This document shows, piece after piece, positions 40,510 to 53,854 of a DNA stretch of 64,000 nt. Below the pieces are notes generated by a model. The model did not search any database and was not told the origin of the DNA. It worked only from the letters and a program-made list of their open reading frames with translations. The DNA comes from Felis catus. Taxonomy: Eukaryota. The DNA lies in assembly GCF_018350175.1 (NCBI RefSeq), contig NC_058368.1, forward strand, positions 67,148,001 to 67,212,000, in the 5' to 3' direction. Positions within the stretch are counted from its first letter, which is position 1. Every line of letters begins with the position of its first letter. Made by a program: the position numbers and the translations under genes.

Positions 40510-40700
40510 CTCTGGCCAGAGCAAACCTAGAATAGTAGGTCTAGTTCTAGAAGCCACATTAATATAAAGACATTGATAAACCAAGGCACATTCAGTTCGG
40601 CCAGATGGAAGAGGGTCTGAAAACCCTGCCATTTAAAGGCATCCTAGGAACTAGAGACAATTCTCTGAAATATTTAATGGGTCCATGACAGTGGTCTTTG
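40510..40700 (+). mobile_element. CR1/L3 LINE remnant
   Basis: AGTTCT…CCACATT…AAAGACATTGATAAAC…AGATGG.AGAGGGTCTGAAAACC.TG.CAT resembles the CR1/L3 3' ORF2 region. Confidence 0.55.
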
Positions 40701-40745
40701 AATACCACAAGGCCATCATGTGAGGGGGGGGAGTCAATGTGCTGT

Positions 40746-40847
<102 letters not shown>

Positions 40848-41289
40848 TACAGATGGCTAGAAACTGCCCAAAAGAAAACTGGCTTAATACAACATTTCTG
40901 GTATTTCGGTATGAAGGCATAAGAGACACTGCCCATTGCGCAATGTCTGGAAGGGATTCCTGTACTGAGTATGAGTGAAGAACTCTACTGTGCAACCGTG
41001 TAATTCCCTGACATTGGAAGTAGGGCAGACAGGAGCTAGCTTGGGGAAAAAGAGCAGACAGAAACTAGCCCCATGAAGAGGCCAGCAGAGAAGTGGCCAT
41101 GGAACCAGGAAATGGAATGAGAAGTTAAGTCCATGCAGTACAAGACTGGGGACAAGAGGTAAGTATGAAAGTTGGTTGGCTAAGATGTAAAAGGGGAGGA
41201 ACATGGTCTTGAACGACTGTAACAAACACTACGAGGTAGCAGGGAGGGGCAAGATGACTGAGGGGCATCCACAACATTTCTCGATGTTC

Positions 41290-41760
41290 TCAGGACACAC
41301 TACCCCTTTTCCACAAATCTGTGTCCCACACACGCCCACCTTCCTCACGCAACCGCTACCATGGGAGCACAACTCTGCCCTACAACAGCGCACGCCTGAC
41401 GTGTTGTGATTAGACACATGGATCACACTTCCCAGTCCACCTTATGGTCAGAGGTGACCAGGTGACTGACACCTGGCCCACAAAATGTAAGCGTAAATGA
41501 CGTAGGTCACTTCCACGCCACGAACACAGAAACCAGCCACATACAACTTCTTTCCAGCTGAATAAAGAGGACTCAATGGAGAGGACCAAGCCACAAGACA
41601 TGAAAAGTCCAGCGACTGAACAAATGTACAGTGTGGTTCCCCACTGCCACCAACCCCAAACAGACTATAAACATGAGATTAAGTGTGGCTTGTTTTGTTT
41701 TTTAACTAAATTACTAAGATTTCAGGCTTGTTTTGTTCAGCAACTAGCACTATTTACAGA
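41290..41760 (+). mobile_element. MLT1I/J-type MaLR LTR
   Basis: CACTTCCCAG…GGTCAGAGGTG.CCA.GTGACT…AATGTAAGC…GTCACTTCC…ACTAAGATTT…TTGTT motifs. Confidence 0.6.
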
Positions 41761-44700
41761 ATTAAACAGACAAGACTGTGTGAGTGCTTTGAGAACAGGA
41801 ATGTTATTTTTATGGATTTGAATGCAGCAACGAGAAAGGCACTCAAATGTTGGCTGAACGAATTACCTAAACCACAAAGGGGCTGAATCAGTACCCCTGG
41901 CCTCCCACTGTGCTCTCAGAGATGGATTTTAAGGGCTGCGAAAGAGTTCAGAAAAGTGGTTCCCAAACCTTAAGCATCTGAGTCACCCAGAATCCTGTTA
42001 AAAAATTCTGATTTCAGGATGCCAACAGCTCTCCCCCCAAGCCCCAGATTATGTTCCTTGGGTAAGGAATGAGATTCTGAAATTTACATTGATTCTGTAT
42101 CTAAGAAAAAAAGTACGGCAATACACAAACAAAAATGTTAGGTTACAAATGCTAAGGTAACATAGCTACCTTTTCATATGTATTCACTGCTCACTATCTG
42201 TCAGACACCATTCTGTTTACCAGTGTCTGGTTCATTTCATACTCTCAACAACCCTATGGGATGCGGACAACGATTATTCCCACTTTATTTGCCCATGGTC
42301 AGGGGAGTCGTAGAGTCAGATTTATCCCCAGGCACTTTTAGCTTCAGATGGGGCGCTGTTCCACTGTAACCAGGATCAGGGCTCAGTGCTGTATAAATGT
42401 GCCTTGGGCAATGGTGCTGAGAAAGCCACACAGGCTTCAGCCTTGCTCTCCCCCATCCGCTCCCACAACCCTGGTTGTGAACCCAGGGGTTCACTGAGAG
42501 CCAGCTGCCTCTCTTCAGTCAGGACCCCAATCCTGGCTCGGGGGGACCTGCACAGGCAGAATAGTTACAAAATCTGCCTCACCTCATCCGAAAAGTCTCA
42601 TAGTGAGAAACTGTTGAAGAGGAGACTCAAAAAGCAGGTTCTGAAGAATTCTAAATGCCACTCTTAAGAACTGTTCTTGAAAGCAGTAAAGAGTAGCAGA
42701 GGTTTTTAAGCAGGAGGATGGCAAGGATTTGTTTTAGGGTAAAGACTGGAAGTAGGAAGATCCGCTGGGAGGAAGAAAAGCCAAGAGCATGAGCTGAGGC
42801 TGGAACAGGAGAGGGATACAGGCTCAGAGGTGTCCGCCTTCCCTTGGGCTCTCACACACTCACATTCAGGAAACACTTGCTGAATGAAGGACTCAAAGGG
42901 CATGTCTAAAGTTGAATCAATGGGATTTGATGTCAGAAGACAAAGTCCTTGAGAACAGACAGGTTCTGGGCCCCTGGGTGGCTCAGTCAGCTCAGGTCGG
43001 CTAAGCTCAGGTCAGCTAAGTCAGTCAGCTCAGCTAAGCGTCCAACTTCGGCTCAGGTCATGATCTCGCTGCTCATGAGTTCGAGCCCTGCTTTGGGCTC
43101 TGTGCTGACAGTTCAGATCCTGGAGACTGCTTCAGATTCTGTGTCTTCCTCTCTCTCTCTGCCCCTCCCCTACTCACACACTCTCTCTCAAAAATAAACA
43201 TTTGAAAAATTAAAAAAAAAAAACGGACAGATTCATGTCTTAATAACTGGATGGACAAGAAAACACATGGCAATTCAGGAGACGGCATGATGGAGACAGG
43301 GTAGGAAAATGTGTTTCACATACAAACATCTGTGAAGAGCAAACTCACTCACTAACATGACTTTTAAATATCTGCTGGATAGTCAGCATACTCATTTATT
43401 TCTTTGGTCAACCAGTGTTAACCTGTCGGAGCTAAAGGCAGGCAGACAGAGACAGGAGCCTGAGAACAGGTGGCCACTGTGTGTGCTGCGGACTGTGGGC
43501 AGGGTACCAGCTGGGGCAGTGACTTACCCCTCCTCCTCGCTACAGGTCCCAGACAAGTTACATAACCAACCCCTCTGGGCCTGGATTTCCTCCAGTATGA
43601 CATATTCATGGTCTTATACAATTGAGGATTAACAGGGACATTAAATGTAATCGAGTGAGCAAAAAATTCCGAGCCCACAGGAAGCATTCAATAGGTGTTA
43701 GTTACGATCTGTATTGTTATCTCAATGGACCCATCTCAGGAGGACTAAGCATCCCCTACCCCCCCAAGTGCCCAGCAGGAACTTAAAATGTAGATCCCCA
43801 AGTCCCACCCACACCAACCAGAACCAGAATACCTAGAGAGAGGGAAGGTTCCTCATCTGTATTTTTACGGGCATCTCATAAAATACTGCTGAAATAGATA
43901 ACGTGAGTTTTAACTTCTAAAAAACATTCATCTTACTCTCTAACTTACACTTTTGGTTGTGTCACTGTATGTACATAATATATATAAAGAGATCCTAAAA
44001 GGATTAATCTCTTTGGGTGTATCAATCTTTGGGGCACCTGGGTGGCTCAGTCCGTAGAGCATGCAACTCTTGATCCTGAGATTACAAATTCAAGCCCCAC
44101 AATGCATGTAGAGATCAAAAATATTTTTAAAATAAAAATAATTGGGTCAATCTTTAAATGGATCTAAAACTTATATTCCAGTCTTTAGGAGCCCCCTGGC
44201 CATAACAACCGGAGGCTTTAACTCTGGACTAGGTGACTTCTAGGTGACCTGCATTAACAATCATCCCTGTCTTCCAATTTTAAGGCTCAGATATTCATTT
44301 ACATGCAGTCACAAAGAACTTGCAGGGTCAGAGATAAGTGCTGGGTCCATTCCAAAGCCTAGACCTTCCCACTGCATCACTGCCAACCACTTCTGCACAA
44401 TTCATCAGCATAGAAACATTGAAAATACTTGCACAGGCTCAGAGCTCACACAAAGAACACCCCCCCCCCCCACCGGCTCCGCCCAGAGGCATTCTCCTGG
44501 TATCAGACAGGGTGTCCTGGCTCCACTGAAAAGTTACAGGTTAAGATTTAGGATAAAGGCTCATGTTGCACACAAGGACCCTGGGTTCCACACCCCACAG
44601 AGCAGGTGCAGCCTGGGAGATGTGCAAGGAGGGAGGGGATCCCCTGGAGGACTCAGAAAGGCAAATTAGCTGAATGAACACTAGTTAACCCCTTTCATGT

Positions 44701-45804
44701 TGAGCAGATGCAGAAACTATAGGGATAAAGACCCCAAAAAAATTAAGTTTAAGCTATAGGAGATAAACTTAGTAAATTTTGTTACACTGTTTATTTCACT
44801 GCAGGGGCTTAGTAAATTTCAATAAGGGTGTTTTGCTTCAGGCTGTAGTTATTGTACAAATTTGCCAAACTCCTCAAACTAAATGCTGAAGACACAAACA
44901 GGCTGAGGCCAGAAAAAGGGCCCTGGAAAGCTAACCCAGCCTCCATCAGTAACATCTGGATTTCTGGTAACAAACAACGGAAGATTAACATTAAGAGGCA
45001 TTTGGGGAGCATGCCAAACAGGCTCAGTCAGAAGAGCGTGCACCTCATGATCTCCAAGTTGTGGGTTTGAGCCCCATGTTAGGTGTAGAGTGTACTTTAA
45101 AAAAAAAAAAAAAACCTTCAGGGGTGCCTGGGTAGCATAGTTGGTTAAGCATCTGACGTCAGCTCAAGTCATGATCTCATAGTTTTTGAGTTCAAGCCCC
45201 CGCATCGGACTCTCTGCAGCGAACTGGTTTTGGATCCTCTGACCCCCCTTTCTCTGCCCCTTCCCCTGCTTGTGCCTGCTCTCTCAAAAGTAAACATTTT
45301 TTTTAATCTTTAAAAAAAAGTGGGGGGCATCTTGAAACTGGTGCAAAGCCCTAGCTTAAAATGAAACATCTCTGGGGGGTGCCTGGGTGGCTCAGTAGGT
45401 TAAGTGTCTGACTCTTGATTTTGGCTCAGGTCATGATCCCAGGGTCTTGGGATTGAGGTATGCGGTGGGCTCCGTGCTAAGCATGGAGACTGCTTGAAAT
45501 TCTCTCTCTCCTGAGGACCCAAAATCACGAATGAAAATGGATTTATCACAACCAATCCCTCAGAAATACAAGCAATTATCAGAGAATACTATGAAAAATT
45601 AGATGCCAACAAACTGGACAACCTGGAAGAAATGGATAAATTCCTAGACACCCACACACTACCAAATCTCAAACAGAAAGAAATAGAAAATTTGAACAGA
45701 CCACAACCAGTGAAGAAATTGAATCAGTTATCAAAAATCTCCCAACAAATAAAGAGTCCTGGACCAGATGGCTTCCCTGGTGAATTCTACCAGACATTAA
45801 AAAA

Positions 45805-46022
45805 AAAATTTTTTTTTTTAACCTTTATTTTTATTTTTGAGACAGAGACAGAGCATGAACGGGGGAGGGGCAGAGAGAGAGAGTGAGACACAGAATCGGA
45901 AGCAGGCTCCAGGCTCCGAGCCACCAGCCCAGAGCCTGACGCGGGGCTCGAACCCACGGACCGCGAGATCGTGACCTGAGCCGAAGTCGGACACCCAACC
46001 GACTGAGCCACCCAGGCGCCCC
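45805..46022 (-). mobile_element. SINEC_Fc-type SINE inserted in L1 ORF2
   Basis: Reverse SINE body with TSD TTCTACCAGACATT at 45785-45798 and 46023-46036. Confidence 0.93.
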
Positions 46023-46360
46023 TTCTACCAGACATTTAAAGCAGAGATAATACCTATCCTTCTCAAGCTATCCCAAAAAAATAGAAAGGGAAGGAAAACT
46101 TCCAGACTCATTCTATGAAGCCAGCATTACTTTGATTCCTAAACCAGACAGAGACCCAACAAAAAAAGAGAACTACAGGCCAATATCCCTGATGAATATG
46201 AATGCAAAAATTCTCAATAAGATACTAACAAATCGAGTTCAACAGCATAGAAAAAGAATTATTCACCATGATCAAGTGGGATTCATTCCTGGGCTGCAGG
46301 GCTGGTTCAACATTCACAAATCAATCAATGTGATACATCATATTAATAAAAGAAAAGAAA

Positions 46361-46569
46361 GGTGCCTGGGTGGCTCAGTTGGTTAAGCGGCCGACTTCAG
46401 CTCAGGTCATGATCTCGCGGTCCGTGAGTTCGAGCCCCGCGTCAGGCTCTGTGCTGACAGCTAAGAGCCTGGAGCCTGTTTCAGATTCTGTGTCTCCCTC
46501 TCTCTGACCCTCCCCGGTTCATGCTCTGTCTCAAAAATAAGTAAAAGTTAAAAAAAAAAAAAAAAAAAA
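46361..46569 (+). mobile_element. SINEC_Fc-type SINE inserted in L1 ORF2
   Basis: tRNA-derived head, CT tract and polyA; L1 sequence resumes as AAGAACCATATGATC. Confidence 0.9.
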
Positions 46570-49500
46570 GAACCATATGATCCTGTCAATCGATGCAGAA
46601 AAAGCATTTGACAAAATACAACATCCTTTCTTAATAAAAACCCTCAAGAAAGTCGGGATAGAAGGAACATACTTAAACATCATAAAAGCAATTTATGAAA
46701 AGCCCACAGCTAATATCATCCACAATGGGGGAAAAGTGAGAGATTTCCCCCTGATCAAGAACACGACAGAGATGTCCACTCTCACCGTTGTTGTTTAACA
46801 TAGTGTTGGAAGTGCTAGCATCAGCAATCAGACAACAAAAGGAAATCAAAGGCATCAAAACTGGCAAAGAAGTCAAACTTTCACTTTTCGCAGACAGGAT
46901 ACTCTACATGGAAAAACCCATAGACTCCACCAAAAGACTCCTAGAACTGATACATAAATTCAGCAAAGTCACAGGGTACAAAAATCAATGTACATAAATC
47001 AGTTGCATTTCTATACAGCAGTAATGAAGCAAAAGAGAAATAAAGAAACTGATCCCATTTACAATTGCACCAAGAACTATAAAATACCTAGGAATAAACC
47101 TAACCAAATAATGTAAAAAATCTGTATGCTAAAAACTATAGAAAGCTTATGAAGGAAACTGAAGTAGACACAAAGAAATGGAAAAACTTTCCATGCTCAT
47201 GAATCGGAAGAATATCGTTACAATGTCAATAATACCCAAAGCAATCTACACGTTCAATGTAATCCCAATCAAAATTGCACCAACATTCTTCTCAAAGCTA
47301 GAACAAACAATCCTAAAATTTGTATGGAACCACAAAAGACACAAATAGCCAAAATAATCGAAGAAGAAAACCAAAGCAGGAGGCATCGCAATCCCACACT
47401 TTAGCCTCTACTACAAAGCTGTAATCATCAAGACAGCATGGTATTGGCTCAAAAACAGACACATAGACCAATGGAATAGAATAGAAACCCCAGAACTAGA
47501 CCCACAAACGTATGGCCAACTCATCTTTGACAAAGCAGGAAAGAACATCCAATGGAAAAAAGACAGCCTCTTTAACAAATGGTGCTGGGAGAACTGGACA
47601 GCAACATGCAGAAGAATGAAACTGGACCACTTTCTTATACCATTCACAAAAATAAACTCAAAATGGATAAAGGACCTGAATGTGAGACAGGAAACCATCA
47701 AAACCCTAGAGGAGAAAGCAGGAAAAGACCTCTCTGACCTCAGCTGTAGCAATCTCTTACTCGACACATCCCCAAAGGCAAGGGAATTAAAAGCAAAAAT
47801 GAATTACTGGGACCTTATGAAGATAAAAAGCTTCTGCACAGCAAAGGAAACAACCAACAAAACTAAAAGGCAACCAACGGAATGGGAAAAGATATTTGCA
47901 AATGACATATCGGACAAAGGGTTAGTATCCAAAATCAATAGAGCACTTACCAAACTCAATACCCGAAAAACAAATAATCCAGTGAAGAAATGGGCAGAAG
48001 ACATGAATAGACACTTCTCCAAAGAAGACATCCAGATGGCCAACAGACACATGAAAAGATGCTAAACGTCACTCCTCATCAGGGAAATACAAATCAAAAC
48101 CACACTGAGATAACACCTCACACGTGTCAGAATGGCTAACATTAACAACTCAGGCAACAACAGATGTTGGCGAGAATGCGGAGAAACGGGAACCCTCTTG
48201 CACTGTTGGTGGGAATGCAAACTGGTGCAGCTCTCTGGAAAACAGTGTGGAGGTTCCTCAAAAATTTAAAATAGAACTACCCTACGACCCAGCAACAGCA
48301 CTACTAGGAATTTATCCAAAGGATACAGGGGTTCTGATTCACAGGGGCACATGCACCCCAATGTTCATAGCAGCGCTTTCAACAATAGCCAAACTATGGA
48401 AAGAGCCTAAATGTCCATCAACTGATGAGTGGATAAAGAAGATGTGGTTTATACATACAATGGAATACTACCTGGCAATGAGAAAGAATGAAGTCCTGCC
48501 ATTTGCAACTGCGTAGATGAAACTGGAGGGTATTATGCAAAGTGAAATAAATCAAAGAGAGTATCCTTCTGTTTTCACTCATATGTGCATCTTGAGAAAC
48601 TTAACAGAAGACCATGGAGGAAGGGAAGGGGAAAAAAGTAGTTACAAACAGAGAGGGAGGGTGGCAAATCACAAGAGACTCTTAGGTACAGAGAACAATC
48701 TGAGGGTGGATGGGGGGGGGAGAGAGGGGAAATGGGTGATGGGCATTGAGGAGGGCACTTGTTGGGATGAGCACTGGGTGTTGTATGTAAGCCAATTTAA
48801 CAATAAATTATATTTTTTTAAAAAATCAGATCCTCTCTCTCTCTCTCTGCCTCTCTACCCCACTCATGCTCTCTCTTAAAAAAAAAATAAAATACTATCA
48901 GCTACCTAATAACGTACACCACAGCCACTGTTTGGAAAGAAACTAAACTAAATGAATACATGACACGTCTGCATTCCCAATCACTGAGGGCCCAATGCAG
49001 CCAACCTCTAGAAACTATTACAGCACTCAGCATTATCTGCACTTCCCTCGCATCCTCAGCCTTCTCTGAGAAGTCTCCAGAGAGTCTACCCTGGCACCAG
49101 TGGCAATCTCCACAACAGCATTCACTTTGCAGGATGACAGTTCACCGACTGTGCCAGTGTCAGGGGAGTGAGAATGTAAGCCATTCTCCAGTGGCCCAAA
49201 CCCTCCTCAACCCCATTCTCTGGGGACAGGTCTGAGCTGCTAACCACAGGCAGGAGGGTGGATGGATAAATGCAGAGCACACCCCCAGGGATGCTGTGCA
49301 GCGGGGGGAGCCAGGGACATGTCCAGGGAGTCTTGAGGGACAGGACGATCTAGTGCCCAGCTGGATACACCACACCATTTACTTCCAATAATGGGAAAAG
49401 AGGAAGAATTATTCAATAAACCATGATGAGAAAATGGGCTGTCTGGGGAAAAATGGGGCCTCTCTTACACCAAATACAAAAGGAAATTCTAGCTGCCTTT

Positions 49501-49800
49501 AGCATTAGAAAGAAAATGCTTATGGAGATTTAGACGACGCCGGAATCTAAGAAAGATCTATTACAGAAGCAACAGGAAAAACCAGAAAGAAAGAAAAAAA
49601 AAAGAGAAAAACCAGAAAGAAAAGCCCGATTAATGATACATAAGTTTATGTAGGGGACGGGTGCCTGGCTGGCTCAGTCAGTTCAGCAGGTAACTCTTCA
49701 TCTCCGGGTTGTGAGTTTGAGCCCCACAATGGGTGTAGAGATTATTTGGGGAAAAAAAAAAAAAAAAAAAAAACAACTCTGATCTAAATTGAGACAAATG

Positions 49801-50027
49801 GGGGCGCCTGGGTGGCGCAGTCGGTTAAGCGTCCGACTTCAGCCAGGTCACGATCTCGCGGTCCGTGGGTTCGAGCCCCGCGTCGGGCTCTGGGCTGATG
49901 GCTCAGAGCCTGGAGCCTGTTTCTGGTTCTGTGTCTCCCTCTCTCTCTGCCCCTCCCCCGCTCATGCTCTGTCTCTCTCTGTCCCAAAAATAAATTAAAA
50001 ACGTTGAAAAAAAATTAAAAAAAAAAA
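49801..50027 (+). mobile_element. Young felid SINEC_Fc
   Basis: Perfect 16-bp TSD TAAATTGAGACAAATG at 49785-49800 and 50028-50043. Confidence 0.96.
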
Positions 50028-52262
50028 TAAATTGAGACAAATGAAAATCTGAAAAAATATGATAAGCACTATTATAAGTTATTTCAAAAAGTATAAATGC
50101 CTCATGGGAAAAAATGTAACACAAATTCAAAGATATTTAAAAAAAGCTCCATCTATATGAATCAAATTCAAATTAAAACTTTGGTATTTTTAACCTTTTA
50201 AGCACCTTAATTCAGGTATTTAAAGTTGACAATGAAACATGCACACAAGCCAATATTGAGGGTCAACTGGTCCAAAACCGGGAAATCATTTTGCCTTTCA
50301 CCACTTACTCTACTTCGGGGAGTAGAGAAAAAGGAAAGACGCACAAAGATACATGAACGTGCATTGCATCATAATCAGAAATAAACTGTACTTGACACAA
50401 GTGAAAGACTGAATAAACCACAATCATTAAATATACTGTTTTGACGATTTAAGCCCATATATAAATGTTAACCATTGGAAATAAAGAATCAGGATCCAAA
50501 ACTATTTGGCTGGGGGGGGGGGGGGGGGGCGGGGACTACTTGGTTTTGTAGAAAAGACACATGCACAAGAGTTTTAGGAGGAAGACGAAAACACAACCAA
50601 AACATCAGCAGATATACTTGGCTAATAAAAACAAATCATCCAGGGGCACCTGGGAGGCTCGGTCAGTTGGGTATTGGACCCTTAATTTCAGTTCAGGTCA
50701 TGGTCAAAAGGCTCATGGGATGGGGCCTCAAGTTGGGCTCCATGCTGACTATGGAGGAGCCTGCTTAAGATTCTCTCTCCTCCTCCCCCCCCACTCACAC
50801 TCTCTGTAAAATAAACCATCCATATTCCTTTCTTTTTCTGTAGTTTTAAATTTCTTACAAAAATAGAAAAATATATATATATTCTTTTGAAAAATTCATA
50901 ACGGGGATGCCTAGCCGGTTCAGTCTGTAGGGCATGCAACTCTTGATCTCAGGGTTGTGAGTTCAAGCCTCACACTGGGTGGGCACAGAGCCTACTTAAA
51001 AAATAGAACAGGGGCACCTGGGTGGCTCAGTCAGTTAAGGGTCCAACTTCGGCTCACGTCATGATCTAACGGCTTGTGGGTTGGAGCCCCACGTCAGGCT
51101 CTGTGCTAACAGCTCAGAGCCTGGAGCCTGTTTCAGATTCTGGGTCTCCCTTTGTCTCTGCCCCTCCCCCACTTGGATGCACACTCTCTCTCATTTAAAA
51201 ATAAATATTTTTTAAAAATTGTTTAAATAAAACAAAAATCCACAACAACTGCCAATAGCCACAAACGTATGACCCCTAGACTCTAAGCCCAAAGTGTGCT
51301 GTGAAAACACCAAAACCCCAGTAAGGCCATTTGTATAGAAGTCAGTAAAGCTAGTTATCAGCATCATTTGGATAGACAGCTACCAGTTCACAAGTTTAGA
51401 AAGCAGATGAAATTTAAGAAAAGCAAATATCCAATGAGAAGCTGAAAACTAGGGCTTTTCTCTCCAAGTTGGGCCTTATCTCCAGGCAGTACTCCCTAAC
51501 TGGGCTCATTTCAGCTTTCCCACCTGCAGCCAGAAGGGTACACATGGAAATCACTAAGGTGGCCTCCGACTTTAAAACCTCTAAAACTGCAGAGGCACCT
51601 GGGTGGCTCAATTGGTTGACCATCAGACTTTGGCTCAGGTCATGATCTCATGTGAGTTTGAGCCCTGCGTCAGTCTCTGTGCTGACAGCTCAGAGCCTGG
51701 AGCCTGCCTGGAGACTGCTTTGGATTGTATCCCCCTCTCTCTCTGCCCCTGCTCACTCATGATCTCTCTCTTTCACAAAGTTAAATAAACATTAAAAAAA
51801 AAATTTTTTTAAACCCTAGAATTGCAGAAGGTAAATAAACCAACGTAGGATAGCAATCAAGGTCAATCTGACCTCAAAAGACTTGCACAACCCTTTTTTA
51901 AAACTGGAATAACAATGCCACTGTGGGCGGTGGCTTCAAGCAGCGAGCCAGGCTCAACCTTCCATCAGCATCACCTGCAGCACCTGTTTCAAACCAACCC
52001 CCCCCCCCCAGAGTTTCTACATAATTTACAGAACTGGTCTGAAATAGGGGCTGAAGAATTTGCATCCCTAACAAGCTCCCAGGTGATGCAGATGCTAAAG
52101 GCGTTAAGAGCCCGGCTTTGAGGACAGGTGCCCTAAAGCATAGTGATAGCTTTCACAAGCACCATCTCATCTCCAACAGCAGTAACTTTAAGAAACTCCG
52201 GCCCGCAAGACCAAAAGTGTGTATGGACTAGCCTTCTCCATGTGTTTAAGAACAAGTGTCCC

Positions 52263-52489
52263 GGGGCGCCTGGGTGGCTCAGTCGGTTAAGCGTCCGACT
52301 TCGGCTCAGGTCATGATCTCGCGGTCCGTGAGTTCAAGCCTCGCATCAGGCTCTGTGCTGATGGCTCAGAGCCTGGAGCCTGTTTCAGATTCTGTGTCTC
52401 CCTCTCTCCGACCCTCCCCCGTTCATGCTCTGTCTCTCTCTGTCCCAAAAATAAATAAACGTTGAAAAAAAATTAAAAAAAAAAAAAAA
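52263..52489 (+). mobile_element. Young felid SINEC_Fc
   Basis: Perfect 15-bp TSD AAGAACAAGTGTCCC at 52248-52262 and 52490-52504. Confidence 0.96.
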
Positions 52490-53851
52490 AAGAACAAGTG
52501 TCCCAACAGAAGCAGCTCAGTACAGCGGTTACAAACACAGGCTCAGGAGCCAGAATGCCTGCTTTGGGATCCTGCTCTACACATTTAAATAGCTGTGTGA
52601 TCCCAAGCAACTTCACCTCTGCTTCAGGACTGTCAGGTGTAAAACAGAGAGAAGCACTCCTTCCCCTGCAGTAAGGAAGCTTCATCCAAAATCCACATCT
52701 TCCCATTTTCATGTGAAAAATCCACAAACAGAAAGTGCTTCAGAATTCCTTGCCCTGCCTGAAGTTAAGGAGACATTTGCCTGCTTCACCACTGTTGATG
52801 ATACCCACATCCAAATTCCTTCTTCTACCCATAGTCCTCTTTCCTTCAGAGGGGCCAAAGGGCCAAGAGATGTTCCCACGCAAAGTGAATACACCAATCA
52901 AAACAAACGTAGGCGTACTCACCCCCTTGGGATCTCCTAGGCTTACCCCATTTAAAAGAGTAAATTATCAGAATGTGGGTAAGATTAGAGCCTTCAGGTT
53001 AGTTTGGGGTCAAGAAACAAAAGATCTAATGCAAATGCAATTTAAGTCCAAAGGTTCAGGCCCACCTAGTCAGTAGTCCCAGCTACGACATGGAAAACTA
53101 GCCAAGAGCTTCACCTCTCTGAGCCGTTTTTCACCCCTGTGTTTTCTCCCAGCTCAGGGACCCTCCAATAATTTTAGGTCCATAGGGCGCCTGGACAAGA
53201 CTACCTGCATTAAGACCACGGATCACTTCTACAAAGGCTAGAGATCCAGAGACCACAGGCTTCAAGGACCCCATCTCCAGAGCGGTCCTCAAAGGTGGAA
53301 ATGGAAATAATTGCAATAAGGAAAGCGGCTGTTCAAAGACATGCTCCAGTTGTGGCTCTGTGTGGCCAGGATAAAAATGTGTTAAAGAGCAGTGTTCCCA
53401 TTTATTAAATAAAAAAGCTGTTATTTTACCCACATGAAATATGCCACAACTAGATACCAGGACACGGTGTGAGACACACAGGAACAGAGGAAAGGGAAGA
53501 GAGAGACATGGTCACAGCCACACAAACACAAAAGGGAGCCCGGTGGAGTTGCAGCTCAGTGTCACAGAAGGAATATCGGAAGAGGTGGGGACGCCGTGGG
53601 GGAGATGGCAATGGTCCAGGGCACTAATTAAACTGCGGTTAAGTTTAGATAAAGGAAGCTGTTCACAAGCTGCTTGCTTAGGAAGAAAAAGGTGCAGCTT
53701 TAGTTCATGAGAAGTGCGAATCCCTGAGCGGCACGGGGGAAGTGGGCTAAGGGGGGAAGGGTCTAGTCGGTTCTCCCACTGGGCATTAATTCTCCCCGGG
53801 CAGCTACGGCTCTCCCCCTCCCCAGCTCCTGCTCCGACTCCTGCGGCCGCG

Positions 53852-53854
<3 letters not shown>

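Larger units (their letters stand above)
45513..48825 (+). mobile_element. 5'-truncated carnivore/felid LINE-1 (ORF2 RT to 3' UTR), degenerate, interrupted by two SINEs; antisense to ABCC4
   Basis: ORF2 peptides [54 protein letters not shown] and WKEPKCPSTDEWIKKMW; G-rich 3' UTR and AATAAA; several frameshifts. Confidence 0.95.

Noticed and set aside
45154..45161. Third TGACGTCA palindrome
   Set aside because: Arises from point changes within a SINE head; isolated and likely methylated.
45513..48825. Active L1
   Set aside because: Lacks the 5' UTR, ORF1 and endonuclease domain; ORF2 is frameshifted and interrupted by SINEs.
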